Shown here piece after piece: positions 37,993 through 48,742 of a stretch of DNA of 64,000 nt. Source of the DNA: an uncultured virus (IMG/VR IMGVR_UViG_3300028591_000115). Taxonomy: Duplodnaviria > Heunggongvirae > Uroviricota > Caudoviricetes. The stretch is taken from the IMG/VR virus record IMGVR_UViG_3300028591_000115. One strand, written 5' to 3'. Below the pieces are notes generated by a model. It was not told the DNA's origin, ran no database searches, and worked only from the letters and a program-made list of their open reading frames with translations. A program made the translations under genes and the position numbers. Every line of letters begins with the position of its first letter. Position 1 is the first letter of the stretch.

Positions 37993-40900
37993 ATGGCTTA
38001 CTTTAATGACCATAATCACACCATGTATAGCAACATCCGTCTGATTGACTCTATCAACAAACCAAAAGACCTAATTGACCGAGCAATTCAATTAGGTCTT
38101 TCTGGCATAGCGATTACAGATCATGAAGCGTTATGTTGTCACATTGAAGTGAATGAATATGCACAAAAGATTAAGGAAAAATATCCTGACTTCAAAGTGG
38201 CATTAGGAAATGAAATTTATCTTACTGAAACACGTGAACCGCGTCAAGTATATTATCATTTTATCTTAATTGCAAAAGATGAAATAGGTCATAAAGCACT
38301 TCGTATTTTGAGTTCAAAAGCATGGTATAATAAATATGAATGGTTCGGTGAAAGAGTACCTACTTTAAAAAGTGAACTTGCTGAAGTAATGAAAGAATAT
38401 AAAGGTCATGTCATTGGAACTACTGCATGTATCGGTAGTGAAATTGGACATAATCTTTCAGCTTTATATGTAGCATCAAAAAGTCCACTTCTTCCGCAAG
38501 ATAGTTATATTAAAAATGCTGATAAATATCTTAAATTTTGTATTGACGTATTTGGCGAAGATGATTTTTATATTGAATGTGCACCAGGAGAAAGCGAAGA
38601 ACAGATCTTTGTGAATCAAAAGTTAGCAGAGTTCGCACAATTCTATAACTTGAAAATGGTACCCGGCACAGATAGTCATTATCTTGATAAAAACTTAAGA
38701 TTTGCGCATAAGGCGTACCTAAACTCGAAAGATGGAGAACGAGAAGTAGATACGTTTTATGAGTATGCCTATTTAATGAGTGAACAAGAATGTCGTGAGC
38801 ATCTTCGTAAATCTTTTGATGATGACTGGATCAATTGGATGTTTGAATGCTCAATCATGATGAAAAATAGCATCCAAGATTATAGCTTGTTAAAGAATCA
38901 ACGGATTCCGCAAGTTAAAATTGATCCGCCTGCGCCAAATGCATGGTGGGGAGTAAATAATGATTTTGCTGATGAAATGAGTAAATGGCCTACAATTCAA
39001 TCATTGTTCGTGTCAAAAGAGCCCCAAGAGCGTCAGTGGATCAATGATGTATGGGAGGCTCTAAATGAAAAGATTGGAAGATGGGCGGATTTAGAATCTG
39101 ACGAATATATTAACAGAATAGAAACAGAAGCACAAGTTATTCGACATATTGGCGAACGTCTTGGGACTTGTCTGTTTGCTTACTTTAATACTTTTAAGCA
39201 TTATATTGATTTATTTTGGGAGTGCGGCTCCATTGTTGGTCCTGGTCGGGGTTCTGCTACTGGTTTTCTTAGTAATTATCTTCTTGGTATCACCCAGTTG
39301 GATCCAATCAAGTGGGGATTACCATGGTGGAGATTCTTAAATATGGAACGTGCTGAATTGCCTGATATTGATATTGACTTAGCATCAAGTGTTCGTCCAG
39401 AAATCTTTGAAGCGATTCGTAAAGAACGTGGAGAGCTTGGTCTGGTACAGGTCGTTACATTCGGCACAGAAGCAACAAGAAGTGCAATTCAAACAGCTTG
39501 CCGTGGATATAGAAGTGATGAATATCCAAACGGTATTGATGTTGATGTCGCTAACTATATAACTTCATTAATCCCACAACCTCGTGGAATATTGTATTCC
39601 TTTGATGATTGTGTAAATGGTAATGAAGAAGCAGGCAAACGCCCAGTTCCAGCAGTAATGGCAGAAGTGGGTAAATATCCGGGTCTTGCAGATATTATCT
39701 TGAATATTGAAGGTATTGTTAAGTCAAGAGGTATTCATGCATCAGGTACAATTTTGTATGACCCAGAAACTTTGTATGACACAGCCGCAATTATGCGTGG
39801 TAAAGATGGAGATTTAACAACTTGTTATGATCTTCATATGGCTGAAGCTGCTGGTGATACAAAGTATGACTTCCTTGTAACAGAAGTTTGTGATAAGATT
39901 ATTCAGTGTTATGAACTTCTGAAATCAAATAAAGAAATCCCAGATATGGATTTAAGAGCATTTTATGATAAATATCTTCATCCAGAGCATATTGATACAA
40001 CAAATCCGCAAATCTGGGAGCACCTGGCCGCAGGTGATATCTTGGATGTATTCCAGTTTAACAGTGGTGTTGGATTGGCAATGGCCAAGATGATTAAAGC
40101 AACCAATCCTCTTGAAATGACCGCGGCAAATGCTATGATTCGATTAATGTCTGAATCTGGTGTTGAGAGTCAGCAAGAACGTTATATTAGAATTCGTGAT
40201 GGTGGTATTAAACAATTTGATATTGAAATGCGCAGAAATGGTCTTCCAGAAAAAATGATCGCAGCAATGCATAAGTATTGTGATACATATTATGGCTGTT
40301 GTGCAATTCAAGAGCAGATGATGCAGATTTTAATGGATCCAGATATCGCAAAGTTTTCATTAAAAGATGCGAATGATGCAAGAAAGATTGTTGCGAAAAA
40401 ACAACAGAAACGGATTCCTGAACTGCGAAAAAAGGTGTATGATGCAATTGGTCAGAATGCAGATTATATTTGGGAAGTTGCAGTTCGTCCTCAACTTGGA
40501 TATGCATTTAGTTTGAACCACAGTTTGCCATATAGTTTTGTTGGTATTCAAACAATTATATTGGCAACACAATTTAACTCAGTCTATTGGAACTCTGCTT
40601 GTTTGATTGTCAATAGCGGTGCAGTTGATCCAGAAGAAAAAGGCCAAACTAACTATGGAAAAATTGCAAAAGCAGTTAATGATATTAAAGGTCGTGGAAT
40701 TAAGGTTCTACCGATTGACATAAATATCTCACAATATGGATTCACACCAAATGCAGCAGATAATGCTATCATGTTCGGTATGAAAGGTTTGTTAAATGTT
40801 GGTGAAGATGTTATTGCACAAATCATTGCAAATCGTCCATATAAGAGTTTTGAAGATTTCTGTAATAAGACAAGATTGAGTAAGCAACCAATGATCTCAT

Positions 40901-41844
40901 TAATTAAGTCTGGTGCATTTGATAAATTTGGTGAAAGAAAATCTATCATGGCAAAATATATATTCGCAACTTGTGACAAGAAGAAACGGATCACGTTGCA
41001 AAATATGAATGGTTTGATTCAGCGAAATATGATTCCGGATGAATTAAATGATCAGCGTAAAGTTTTTGAGTTCAATAGATATTTAAAAGATAAATGTAAA
41101 CATGGAGATTTCTATGAGTTGGACAATCGTGCATTAAACTTTATTAATGGTCGATATGATGTTCCCATGGATAGTGATCTAAAATTAGATATTAAGACAT
41201 GGGATAAGATTTATCAGAGTGAAATGGATAAAGTACGCGAATGGATGAAAGAAAATCAGAATGAAGTATTGTATAGATTGAATAAAGAAATCTTTATAGC
41301 CGATTGGGAAAAATATGCAAAAGGAAATTATTCCAGCTGGGAAATGGATGTTATGTGTTTCTATGATCATGAACATGAATTGGCTGGAGTAAATAAGACA
41401 CGTTATGGATTAAGTGATTACAAAGTTCTTCCAGAAGAACCGGTTGTAGAAAGTTTATGGCGTGGTCGAATCCCGATTTATCGTTTGAATAGAATCTGCG
41501 GCACAGTAGTAGCAAAAGATAAAATGAAATCTACAATCACACTATTGGCAGCAGATAATAGTGTTGTAACAGTTAAGTTCAATAAAGAGTTCTTTGCAAT
41601 GTTCGATCGACAGATCAGTCAGCGTCGAGCAGATGGAACAAAACAGATTGTAGAACGTTCTTGGTTCAAAAGAGGAAGTTTGTTGGTTGTAACTGGTATG
41701 CGCCGTGGCACTGAGTTTGTAAGCAAAAAGTACAGCGGTACCCCTGGTCATCAGATTTATAAAATTGATGAAGTATTTGCTAATGGTAGCATAACATTGA
41801 GAAGTGAAAGAGCGCAAGGAGAAAGCGAAGAAGATGTCTCGTAA
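37993..41844 (+). CDS. dnaE: DNA polymerase III alpha subunit
   Basis: PHP domain HNHT.YS, AITDH, DSHY; GPGRGS, PDIDID, HASG, K.DFL, FQF, QEQ.M, YAFS..H. Confidence 0.95.
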   Translation: MAYFNDHNHTMYSNIRLIDSINKPKDLIDRAIQLGLSGIAITDHEALCCHIEVNEYAQKIKEKYPDFKVALGNEIYLTETREPRQVYYHFILIAKDEIGHKALRILSSKAWYNKYEWFGERVPTLKSELAEVMKEYKGHVIGTTACIGSEIGHNLSALYVASKSPLLPQDSYIKNADKYLKFCIDVFGEDDFYIECAPGESEEQIFVNQKLAEFAQFYNLKMVPGTDSHYLDKNLRFAHKAYLNSKDGEREVDTFYEYAYLMSEQECREHLRKSFDDDWINWMFECSIMMKNSIQDYSLLKNQRIPQVKIDPPAPNAWWGVNNDFADEMSKWPTIQSLFVSKEPQERQWINDVWEALNEKIGRWADLESDEYINRIETEAQVIRHIGERLGTCLFAYFNTFKHYIDLFWECGSIVGPGRGSATGFLSNYLLGITQLDPIKWGLPWWRFLNMERAELPDIDIDLASSVRPEIFEAIRKERGELGLVQVVTFGTEATRSAIQTACRGYRSDEYPNGIDVDVANYITSLIPQPRGILYSFDDCVNGNEEAGKRPVPAVMAEVGKYPGLADIILNIEGIVKSRGIHASGTILYDPETLYDTAAIMRGKDGDLTTCYDLHMAEAAGDTKYDFLVTEVCDKIIQCYELLKSNKEIPDMDLRAFYDKYLHPEHIDTTNPQIWEHLAAGDILDVFQFNSGVGLAMAKMIKATNPLEMTAANAMIRLMSESGVESQQERYIRIRDGGIKQFDIEMRRNGLPEKMIAAMHKYCDTYYGCCAIQEQMMQILMDPDIAKFSLKDANDARKIVAKKQQKRIPELRKKVYDAIGQNADYIWEVAVRPQLGYAFSLNHSLPYSFVGIQTIILATQFNSVYWNSACLIVNSGAVDPEEKGQTNYGKIAKAVNDIKGRGIKVLPIDINISQYGFTPNAADNAIMFGMKGLLNVGEDVIAQIIANRPYKSFEDFCNKTRLSKQPMISLIKSGAFDKFGERKSIMAKYIFATCDKKKRITLQNMNGLIQRNMIPDELNDQRKVFEFNRYLKDKCKHGDFYELDNRALNFINGRYDVPMDSDLKLDIKTWDKIYQSEMDKVREWMKENQNEVLYRLNKEIFIADWEKYAKGNYSSWEMDVMCFYDHEHELAGVNKTRYGLSDYKVLPEEPVVESLWRGRIPIYRLNRICGTVVAKDKMKSTITLLAADNSVVTVKFNKEFFAMFDRQISQRRADGTKQIVERSWFKRGSLLVVTGMRRGTEFVSKKYSGTPGHQIYKIDEVFANGSITLRSERAQGESEEDVS

Positions 41845-42406
41845 GATTATAATATGCCTAGTCGGCAAGAGTGGAGCAGGTAAAGACAGTTTAGCATATT
41901 TACTTTCACATCATGCTGACTGGCATAATGTAGTCTCTTGCACAACTCGTCCTATGCGGGATTATGAGAAGGAAGGAGTTAATTACTTCTTCCTTACTCC
42001 GGACGAGTTCGCGCACAGAGTAATGAATGGTGATATGCTTGAGGCCACATATTTTAATGATTGGCATTATGGTACTATGAAGTCTGCTCTTGTAGATGGA
42101 ATTAACGTTGGGGTATGGAATCCTGAAGGATATGATTGCTTGCGGGAAACCGTTAAGTTTGATAAGGATGTTATTCTCTTGCCTTATTATATTAAATGTA
42201 AAGATAAGACAAGATTATTAAGAAGTTTAAACAGAGAAAATGACCCAGATGTACATGAAATAGTTCGTCGCTATCAGGCCGATGAAGAAGATTTTGAATG
42301 GCTTGAAGATGATGATATACAAATTCTATGGAATGAAGATGAGAAAGATTTAATTAATTGTTTCCATCGTATACTAAATGATGTGCAGTTGGTCGAAAAT
42401 GAATAA
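41834..42406 (+). CDS. gmk: guanylate kinase-like protein
   Basis: GKSGAGKD, TTRPMR..E.EG..Y.F, WHYGT. Confidence 0.85.
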   Translation: MSRKIIICLVGKSGAGKDSLAYLLSHHADWHNVVSCTTRPMRDYEKEGVNYFFLTPDEFAHRVMNGDMLEATYFNDWHYGTMKSALVDGINVGVWNPEGYDCLRETVKFDKDVILLPYYIKCKDKTRLLRSLNRENDPDVHEIVRRYQADEEDFEWLEDDDIQILWNEDEKDLINCFHRILNDVQLVENE

Positions 42407-42460
42407 TATATATAGTTTAGAAATCAAATATATTATACGCCTTAAAGAGGAGGTTTTATA

Positions 42461-44713
42461 TTGATTACAAAACGCGATGGTCGAAAAGTAGAGTTCGATG
42501 GAAACAAGATCCGCGTAGCGATCGCTCGTGCATATTGGGATCCAGACTATGCACCAGAAAAGCCGTTCCCGCCATACGTGGAAGATATTGTTACATATAT
42601 GGAAGAAGAGAACGAAGCTTATGATATTTCAGTTGAAGAAATCCAAGATAAAGTCGAAGAGTTCTTAATGAAATATGACCCAAAGACAGCTCGTAAATAT
42701 GTTCGTTATCGTTATAAGAAAGAAGTAATTCGCGAACAACGTGATGATTTTTATCTTAGATTAAAAGATAAAATTGAGGCAACTAATGTTCAGAATCAGA
42801 ACGCCAATGTTGATGAATATTCATTTGGTGGCCGTAAAGGAGAAACTGATTCTGCTATTATGAAAGAATATGCACTTAACTATTGTGTAAGCGACATGGC
42901 AAGAGAAAATCATGAAGGTAATATGGTTTATATTCATGATCTTGATGCATATGCGGTTGGTATGCACAATTGTTTAACTATTCCTTTTGATGATTTGCTC
43001 AAAAAAGGATTTAATACTCGCCAAACCGATGTTAGACCTGCCCGCAGTATCAATACTGCATTTCAGCTTATTGCTGTTATTTTCCAATTACAGAGTTTAC
43101 AACAGTTTGGCGGTGTTAGCGCTAGTCACTTAGACTGGACCATGGTGCCATATGTGCGGCTTAGCTTTGCTAAACATTATCGTGATGGATGGCACTTCAT
43201 AAATAATGCTCCTGCAGAAGATATTGATTATGAAATTGATAATATGATTATCAATGGAAAAGATTGGAGTATTACCGATCCAGAATGGAAAGCTTATGAT
43301 GAACATGTGTGGGATTATGCTATGAAGATGACCGAACGTGAACTAAATCAAGCGGTTGAAGGAATGTATCATAATCTTAATACATTACAGTCTCGTAGTG
43401 GAAATCAACTTCCATTTACTTCTATTAATTATGGAACTTGTACTTTACCAGAAGGTAGAATGGTAATTAAAGCATTATTGGATGGTTCTATTAAGGGTGT
43501 TGGTAAACTTCATCGTACACCAATTTTCCCATGTGGAATTTTCCAATGCATGAAAGGAGTTAATCGTGCACCTGGAGATCCCAATTATGACCTTTTTAAA
43601 CTCGCTTTAGAATCAACTGCAAGGCGGTTATACCCTAACTATGCCAATGTGGACTGGTCAGGAAATGCAGGATATGACCCTGATGACCCGCGGACATATT
43701 TCTCTACAATGGGATGCAGAACGGCAAATGGTTTTGATATTAATGGCTTCGGACAACTCAAAGATGGACGAGGAAACATATGTCCAGTAACCATTATAAT
43801 GCCTACATTAGCAATGATGGCTAAAGAGTCCGTAAAGGCTGGCACGCACGGGGACGATGACGGCAATCCGAACGCACTCTTCGAAATTTTTATGGCAATT
43901 CTTGACAAGAAAATTGAAGAGGCAAAAGATATGCTGCTCGAGCGATTCGAGTATATCTGTAAACAAGATCCTCGTTCCGCACAGTTCATGTATGAAAATG
44001 GCACTATGGCTGGGTATGTGCCGGAAGAGGGTATTCGTTCTGCACTTAAACATGGTACTATAGTAATTGGTCAACTTGGTTTGGCTGAAACTCTTGAAAT
44101 TCTTTTCAATACAAATCAATGCCATCCAGAAGGTATGGAGTATGCAAAGAAAATTGAGCAACTTTTTAAGGAACGTTGCGCTCAATATAAGCAAGAATAT
44201 AAATTAAACTTTGGTGTATATTATACTCCTGCTGAAAATCTTTGCTATACTGCTATGAAAAAATTCCGTAATCGTTATGGAATTATTCCCAATGTATCTG
44301 ATCATGAATATTTTACTAATAGTATTCATGTACCAGTATGGGAAGAAGTTGGTGTACTCGATAAGATTGATATTGAATCACAATTAACCGGTTATAGTAG
44401 CGCAGGTTGTATCACCTATGTTGAATTAGAAACCGGTATCATGAATAATCTTGAAGCAATGGAGCAGATTGTAAACTATGCTATGGATCATGATATACCT
44501 TATTTTGCTATTAATGTGCCCAATGATACCTGCCTTGAATGTGGGTATACAGGCGAGTTTAACGATACTTGTCCTATCTGCGGTAGCCATCACATTCAAC
44601 AGCTCAGAAGAGTCACTGGTTACCTCACTGGGAATTATAAAACTGCCTTTAATTGGGGCAAGCAAAAGGAAACTGAAGAAAGAGTGAAACACACAGGAAG
44701 GATGAGTAAATAA
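42461..44713 (+). CDS. nrdD: anaerobic ribonucleoside-triphosphate reductase with ATP cone
   Basis: KRDGR ATP cone, HDLD, MHNC, MGCRT, TPAE, YFTNS.H, CxxC..CxxC, RRVTGYL. Confidence 0.95.
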   Translation: MITKRDGRKVEFDGNKIRVAIARAYWDPDYAPEKPFPPYVEDIVTYMEEENEAYDISVEEIQDKVEEFLMKYDPKTARKYVRYRYKKEVIREQRDDFYLRLKDKIEATNVQNQNANVDEYSFGGRKGETDSAIMKEYALNYCVSDMARENHEGNMVYIHDLDAYAVGMHNCLTIPFDDLLKKGFNTRQTDVRPARSINTAFQLIAVIFQLQSLQQFGGVSASHLDWTMVPYVRLSFAKHYRDGWHFINNAPAEDIDYEIDNMIINGKDWSITDPEWKAYDEHVWDYAMKMTERELNQAVEGMYHNLNTLQSRSGNQLPFTSINYGTCTLPEGRMVIKALLDGSIKGVGKLHRTPIFPCGIFQCMKGVNRAPGDPNYDLFKLALESTARRLYPNYANVDWSGNAGYDPDDPRTYFSTMGCRTANGFDINGFGQLKDGRGNICPVTIIMPTLAMMAKESVKAGTHGDDDGNPNALFEIFMAILDKKIEEAKDMLLERFEYICKQDPRSAQFMYENGTMAGYVPEEGIRSALKHGTIVIGQLGLAETLEILFNTNQCHPEGMEYAKKIEQLFKERCAQYKQEYKLNFGVYYTPAENLCYTAMKKFRNRYGIIPNVSDHEYFTNSIHVPVWEEVGVLDKIDIESQLTGYSSAGCITYVELETGIMNNLEAMEQIVNYAMDHDIPYFAINVPNDTCLECGYTGEFNDTCPICGSHHIQQLRRVTGYLTGNYKTAFNWGKQKETEERVKHTGRMSK

Positions 44714-45273
44714 TGCGTTACGCTGGTATTATATATGATGATACCGCTGCGACGCCTGGACTTTGTGTTTCGTTTTATACACAGGGTTGTGAATTCCATT
44801 GTCCAGGATGTCACAACCCTGAAACCTGGGATTTTAAAGGCGGTTATGAGTTTACTGCAGAAACTATGGATAATATTCTCGCAGGTATTAAAAAAAATGG
44901 TATAACTCGTAATTTTGCGGTATTAGGTGGAGAACCGCTACATCCAAAGAATCAATTCTTAACTGCTATGATTGTTCGTACAGTTCGTGAAGCATATCCT
45001 GGAATTCAAATTTGGATATGGAGCGGATATGAGATGGATCAAATATTAAGCTACAGCGCAAGCCATCCACATCTTAATATGATCCTACATGATGCAAATA
45101 GAATTATCTCGGGCCCATTTGTTCAAGAGAAAAGGGACATTACGCTTCCATATCGTGGAAGTTCAAATCAAGAAATCTGGGCGCTTGACCATGAAAAAAA
45201 TCTTTGGTATAATTTAACTACGGATAAGAACTATGGGAGGGCAATTCCTAATGTCAGAGATAGAGAAGAATGA
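44713..45273 (+). CDS. nrdG: anaerobic RNR activating protein
   Basis: QGCEFHCPGCHN, LGGEP, YRGSSNQ. Confidence 0.93.
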   Translation: MRYAGIIYDDTAATPGLCVSFYTQGCEFHCPGCHNPETWDFKGGYEFTAETMDNILAGIKKNGITRNFAVLGGEPLHPKNQFLTAMIVRTVREAYPGIQIWIWSGYEMDQILSYSASHPHLNMILHDANRIISGPFVQEKRDITLPYRGSSNQEIWALDHEKNLWYNLTTDKNYGRAIPNVRDREE

Positions 45274-45757
45274 TGACAGCTTCATGGAAGAAGCTGAATA
45301 TATAGATTATCTTAAACAACAATTAAAAAATAGCCCAGAGGTTGCCCAAAAGCCTGTCGCGCAATTGTCCATGTATCAAATGAATAAAGATCTCGTAAGC
45401 GGTCTCAAGAGAATGAATAACATGGCTATTAATAAAGCATTGGAGAATGTGCGTGACTGGTATCTAAAATATGTTTATGAACATCCAACTGCAATGTTCT
45501 TTGTTCTATTGAATCATGAGCAACACTATTATACAATGTTTACCCGTGATCATAAAAAGAGAGTAAAGAATACTAATGATGAAGCTGATAGTTTCATTGC
45601 CGCAGTAAAAGACATTCTCACCAATTATTATGGTGATAATGATATTCGTGCCATTGATGTTGATGAAAATGGTGCGATAGAAATTTGGGGCATGTGGGAC
45701 AAGCAACCATCTGTTGCATATTTATTCCCATATGATCAAGGAGTTGTTTTATATTGA
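45251..45757 (+). CDS. hypothetical protein
   Basis: GGAGG RBS; ends YLFPYDQGVV. Confidence 0.7.
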   Translation: MSEIEKNDDSFMEEAEYIDYLKQQLKNSPEVAQKPVAQLSMYQMNKDLVSGLKRMNNMAINKALENVRDWYLKYVYEHPTAMFFVLLNHEQHYYTMFTRDHKKRVKNTNDEADSFIAAVKDILTNYYGDNDIRAIDVDENGAIEIWGMWDKQPSVAYLFPYDQGVVLY

Positions 45758-46014
45758 AATACGGTTATTTTAATTATGATCCGGTTGGCCCATCTGTTTT
45801 CTTTTATCTAGATGATAATGGCCAGCCAAGAGAAACTTAGTTTCATATAACTGATCCTGAGCGTTTGGTAGAAGCTATTAGTGCAACTATTCAAGGCGGT
45901 TAGATTGATCATGTATTATGTAATGCTTCTGGTCTTGGTTTAGCAGATGCAATTAGTAATCATTTAAGCACACAATTTTCATATAATAATTGTGTATTTG
46001 AAATTAATTCATAA
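45754..46014 (+). CDS. hypothetical protein (2 in-frame TAG; not in ORF track)
   Basis: AGGAG RBS, TTG overlapping the upstream stop; open to TAA 46014 if TAG is sense; fills the gap exactly. Confidence 0.6.
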
Positions 46015-46024
46015 GGAGAAAAAT

Positions 46025-46258
46025 ATGGCTCGCTATCTTTTAAATGTAACGGAAACTTATAGAGTCGATACAGTAAATGAAGCACTTGAAATGCGCGATG
46101 AAATGAACGCAGCAGCAGAATATGAACTTCAGTCTTTTCAGTATACAACCAAATATAATAAGAAAACAGAAGAAGAATATCAGGTTGTTAAAGTAAAGAA
46201 AGTTATTAACACAGAGAAAGATCCTATTAGTGGAGTACAGGTAAGATATGAATATTGA
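46025..46258 (+). CDS. hypothetical protein
   Basis: AAGGAG RBS, MARYLL...ETYRVDT..EA. Confidence 0.7.
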   Translation: MARYLLNVTETYRVDTVNEALEMRDEMNAAAEYELQSFQYTTKYNKKTEEEYQVVKVKKVINTEKDPISGVQVRYEY

Positions 46259-46850
46259 TGCAAAGTTTGAAAAAATAACTAAGTATCAAGATGATCCGGA
46301 TATTATAATTCCAAATCGGAAAACTAAATCTTCTGCGGGATATGATTTCTATGTCGCAGAAGATACGGTTATTCCGAGTTATTATGATAGTATGGTTGTA
46401 GATTTCCCGAATGAGTTAGCAAAAGATATAGCTACATATTATCAATCTTTTGAGGACTTTAAGAAAGATATGCCATATGATTTAAGTAAAGTTGCAATCT
46501 TTACTAAGAAGTATAATAAAAAAGTTACGCTTGTACCAACAGGTGTAAAAGCTAAAATGCCGGATGATTGGTACTTACAGTTAAGTGTGCGGTCTAGCCT
46601 TCCGTTAAAACATTGGCTAATCTTGGGCAATGGTGTTGGTATTATTGATGCAGATTATTATAATAATCCAGACAATGAAGGCCATATCTATTTCCAGATT
46701 ATTAACTTACTACCCTTCGATATAGAATTAAGGAAAGGCGACTGTATCGGTCAAGGTGTCTTCCTCCAATATGGAACAACGACAGACGATGCGGCAAATG
46801 GCGAACGTGAGGGTGGTTTTGGATCTACTGATGGTAATTCTGGCGCTTGA
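46248..46850 (+). CDS. dut: trimeric dUTPase
   Basis: SAGYD, RSS, GIIDADY, QGVF, REGGFGST. Confidence 0.92.
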   Translation: MNIDAKFEKITKYQDDPDIIIPNRKTKSSAGYDFYVAEDTVIPSYYDSMVVDFPNELAKDIATYYQSFEDFKKDMPYDLSKVAIFTKKYNKKVTLVPTGVKAKMPDDWYLQLSVRSSLPLKHWLILGNGVGIIDADYYNNPDNEGHIYFQIINLLPFDIELRKGDCIGQGVFLQYGTTTDDAANGEREGGFGSTDGNSGA

Positions 46851-47316
46851 TCAAGCGACACATACTACAGGATGGTCTCTATGGCAAGATGGTTAGTTGA
46901 CCGATTTCGGAAAATTTAGTTTTGACGATGATAACATCTTATAGAGGATACATAAAGTTTGTGTTTGGATATAGATTTTTATAATTGAACACAAGCCTGA
47001 CAAAATTGTATTCGAAGATATACAGATGCAAGGCATGATCAATAATGTACAAACATTTAAAGCATTAGCACAGCTTCAAGGAGCAATCATTGAAACATGC
47101 TATTATAAGAAAATACCATTTGAAATCATTTCTCCAAATTAGTGGCGATCAAGTTGTAAACTATTAAAAGGTAATGCAAAAGATAGAGCTAGCTAGAAAC
47201 GCGCTGCTTAGCAGTGGGTTAAAGAACAATTTGGAAAAACTTGCACGCAAGATGAAGCTGATGCTATTTGTATAGGCTATGCTGCGGCAGAGCCAAATGA
47301 ATTAAATTGGGAGTGA
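46831..47316 (+). CDS. ruvC: RuvC-like Holliday junction resolvase (6 in-frame TAG; absent from ORF track)
   Basis: Manual translation: MVILALDQAT..TGW, VFEDI, LAQLQGAI, SPN*WR, RAS*KRAA*QWV, DEADAICIG; ends TGA. Confidence 0.85.
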
Positions 47317-47320
47317 AACT

Positions 47321-47722
47321 ATGGAGTGGACAGTAATTATTGGTGAACTCTTTAAGGTAGTTCTCATTCCTTTGCTTGGACTTTTAGTAAAGTACTTCTG
47401 CCAGTTTGTAAACCTTAAGGCAGATGAACTCAAGCAGAAGAATGATAATGATACTTATAAGAAGTATATTGATATGCTTAATGATACTATTCAAACCACT
47501 GTTATTGCTACTAATCAAACTTATGTTGAGGCTCTAAAAGCACAAGGCAAGTTTGATGCTGAGGCACAGAAGATTGCATTCCAGATGACTTATGACGCAA
47601 TCATGAAGACTCTTGGTGAAGAAGCTAAGAAATATCTTAGTTCTGCAGTTGGTGATTTGAATAGCTATATCACAAATGCTATTGAAAGTACTGTAAACAT
47701 TAGTAAAGTCACACAAGGGTAA
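47321..47722 (+). CDS. holin-like membrane protein (LL-H-like)
   Basis: N-terminal TM helix, V.ATNQTYV..LK..G.F, IES.V. Confidence 0.6.
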   Translation: MEWTVIIGELFKVVLIPLLGLLVKYFCQFVNLKADELKQKNDNDTYKKYIDMLNDTIQTTVIATNQTYVEALKAQGKFDAEAQKIAFQMTYDAIMKTLGEEAKKYLSSAVGDLNSYITNAIESTVNISKVTQG

Positions 47723-47766
47723 AAAAAAATTAGGGGCGACTCATTAAGAGTCGCCCCATTTTTTTA
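47721..47766. terminator. bidirectional intrinsic terminator at strand switch
   Basis: GGGGCGACTC-ATTAA-GAGTCGCCCC flanked by A-tract and T-tract. Confidence 0.9.
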
Positions 47767-48351
47767 TTATACATGAGTTTTTGGAATCGTAAATGATCCA
47801 GAATTACTAGTTGTTGGAAGTGGTTTTGGAGGTTCGTGCGGCAAAGCCTTAATAGCTTTATCCCAAGGTTCCATATGTCCATTTCCGCCTAATTTTTTAT
47901 AAAGATTATATCTACCTTGATAGGCATCTAATTCTGTAGCAGTAATATAACCACGTTTGATATATTGTTCACAAGTACCTATAAGATTCTATAAGTGCGC
48001 ATCTTGTACGCCCTCTTGAATCAATTTAATTGAAGCATCAACTTTAGCGTGATATGCTGCCATATCTTTGTTAGATTGATCTATACTGGTAGTTAAATTA
48101 TCAAGTTTTTCTATAATTTTAGAATCAGTTTTTGCTACTGTTGATTCTAATTCTCCACGCACAGTATTGCCCATTTCTTTTGGCTTGGTAGAAGCTGCAA
48201 ATCTTAAATCCCATTCTGCTTGACGAGCAGCTTCATTACCAGCTTTAAATGGCTTAATAAAATGAGCAGTAACAAGACCTACAATAGCTACACAAATCAT
48301 AGGGATTAACCATTTGATGGCCGTTTCAAGGACCATCGCCCACGTAACCAT
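47767..48351 (-). CDS. lysis-region membrane protein (TAG at 47989)
   Basis: N-terminal TM, coiled coil; read-through gives C..Y..RGYIT..E...Y..YKKLGGNG typical of phage holin-adjacent proteins. Confidence 0.7.
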
Positions 48352-48376
48352 TTTAACTCACCCTTTCAATAGACTG

Positions 48377-48742
48377 TCAGCCTAGACTATTTTCTTCTTC
48401 ATCGTCAGACTCACAATCTTTCTCTTCATCCTCAGAGTCCTCATTGTCAGTAGCGAGTTCTGCGATTGCTTTATAATTTTCAGCAATTTTCTTGTAATTT
48501 TCTACACCGGCTTTTGCTGTATAACCGAGCCGCAATGATACATAAGCTGTGGTTAAATACGCAAAAATATTTTGTGCAAAGGTTTCAAGTTCTGGCTGTA
48601 AAAATAATAAAACTAAAAGAATTAAAATAAGAAATACATAAACCGCGATATCGGTTACAGTTAATTTCTTACTAAACTCAATTGGTTGCTTGCGCTTTCG
48701 CGAGGATTTTCGCGAGCGCTTTTGCTTGGGTTTCGCTGTCAC
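48377..48742 (-). CDS. two-TM membrane protein, holin candidate
   Basis: Basic N-terminus, EFSKK, two hydrophobic helices, Y..KA..EN..K, acidic tail; overlaps the endolysin end. Confidence 0.6.
   Translation of the reverse strand: MTAKPKQKRSRKSSRKRKQPIEFSKKLTVTDIAVYVFLILILLVLLFLQPELETFAQNIFAYLTTAYVSLRLGYTAKAGVENYKKIAENYKAIAELATDNEDSEDEEKDCESDDEEENSLG

Noticed and set aside
42402..42440. NrdR box upstream of nrdD
   Set aside because: Only a weak AT-rich resemblance (AATATATATAGTT); not distinguishable from background.
3967..44692. Long antisense and alternate-frame ORFs in the track (e.g. 4780..5496, 8805..9482, 29242..29844)
   Set aside because: Shadow frames of well-supported + strand genes, without RBS or recognisable motifs.
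37993..44713. Inteins or group I introns in dnaE or nrdD
   Set aside because: Reading frames are continuous, lengths are ordinary, and no intein splice-junction or LAGLIDADG motifs were seen.
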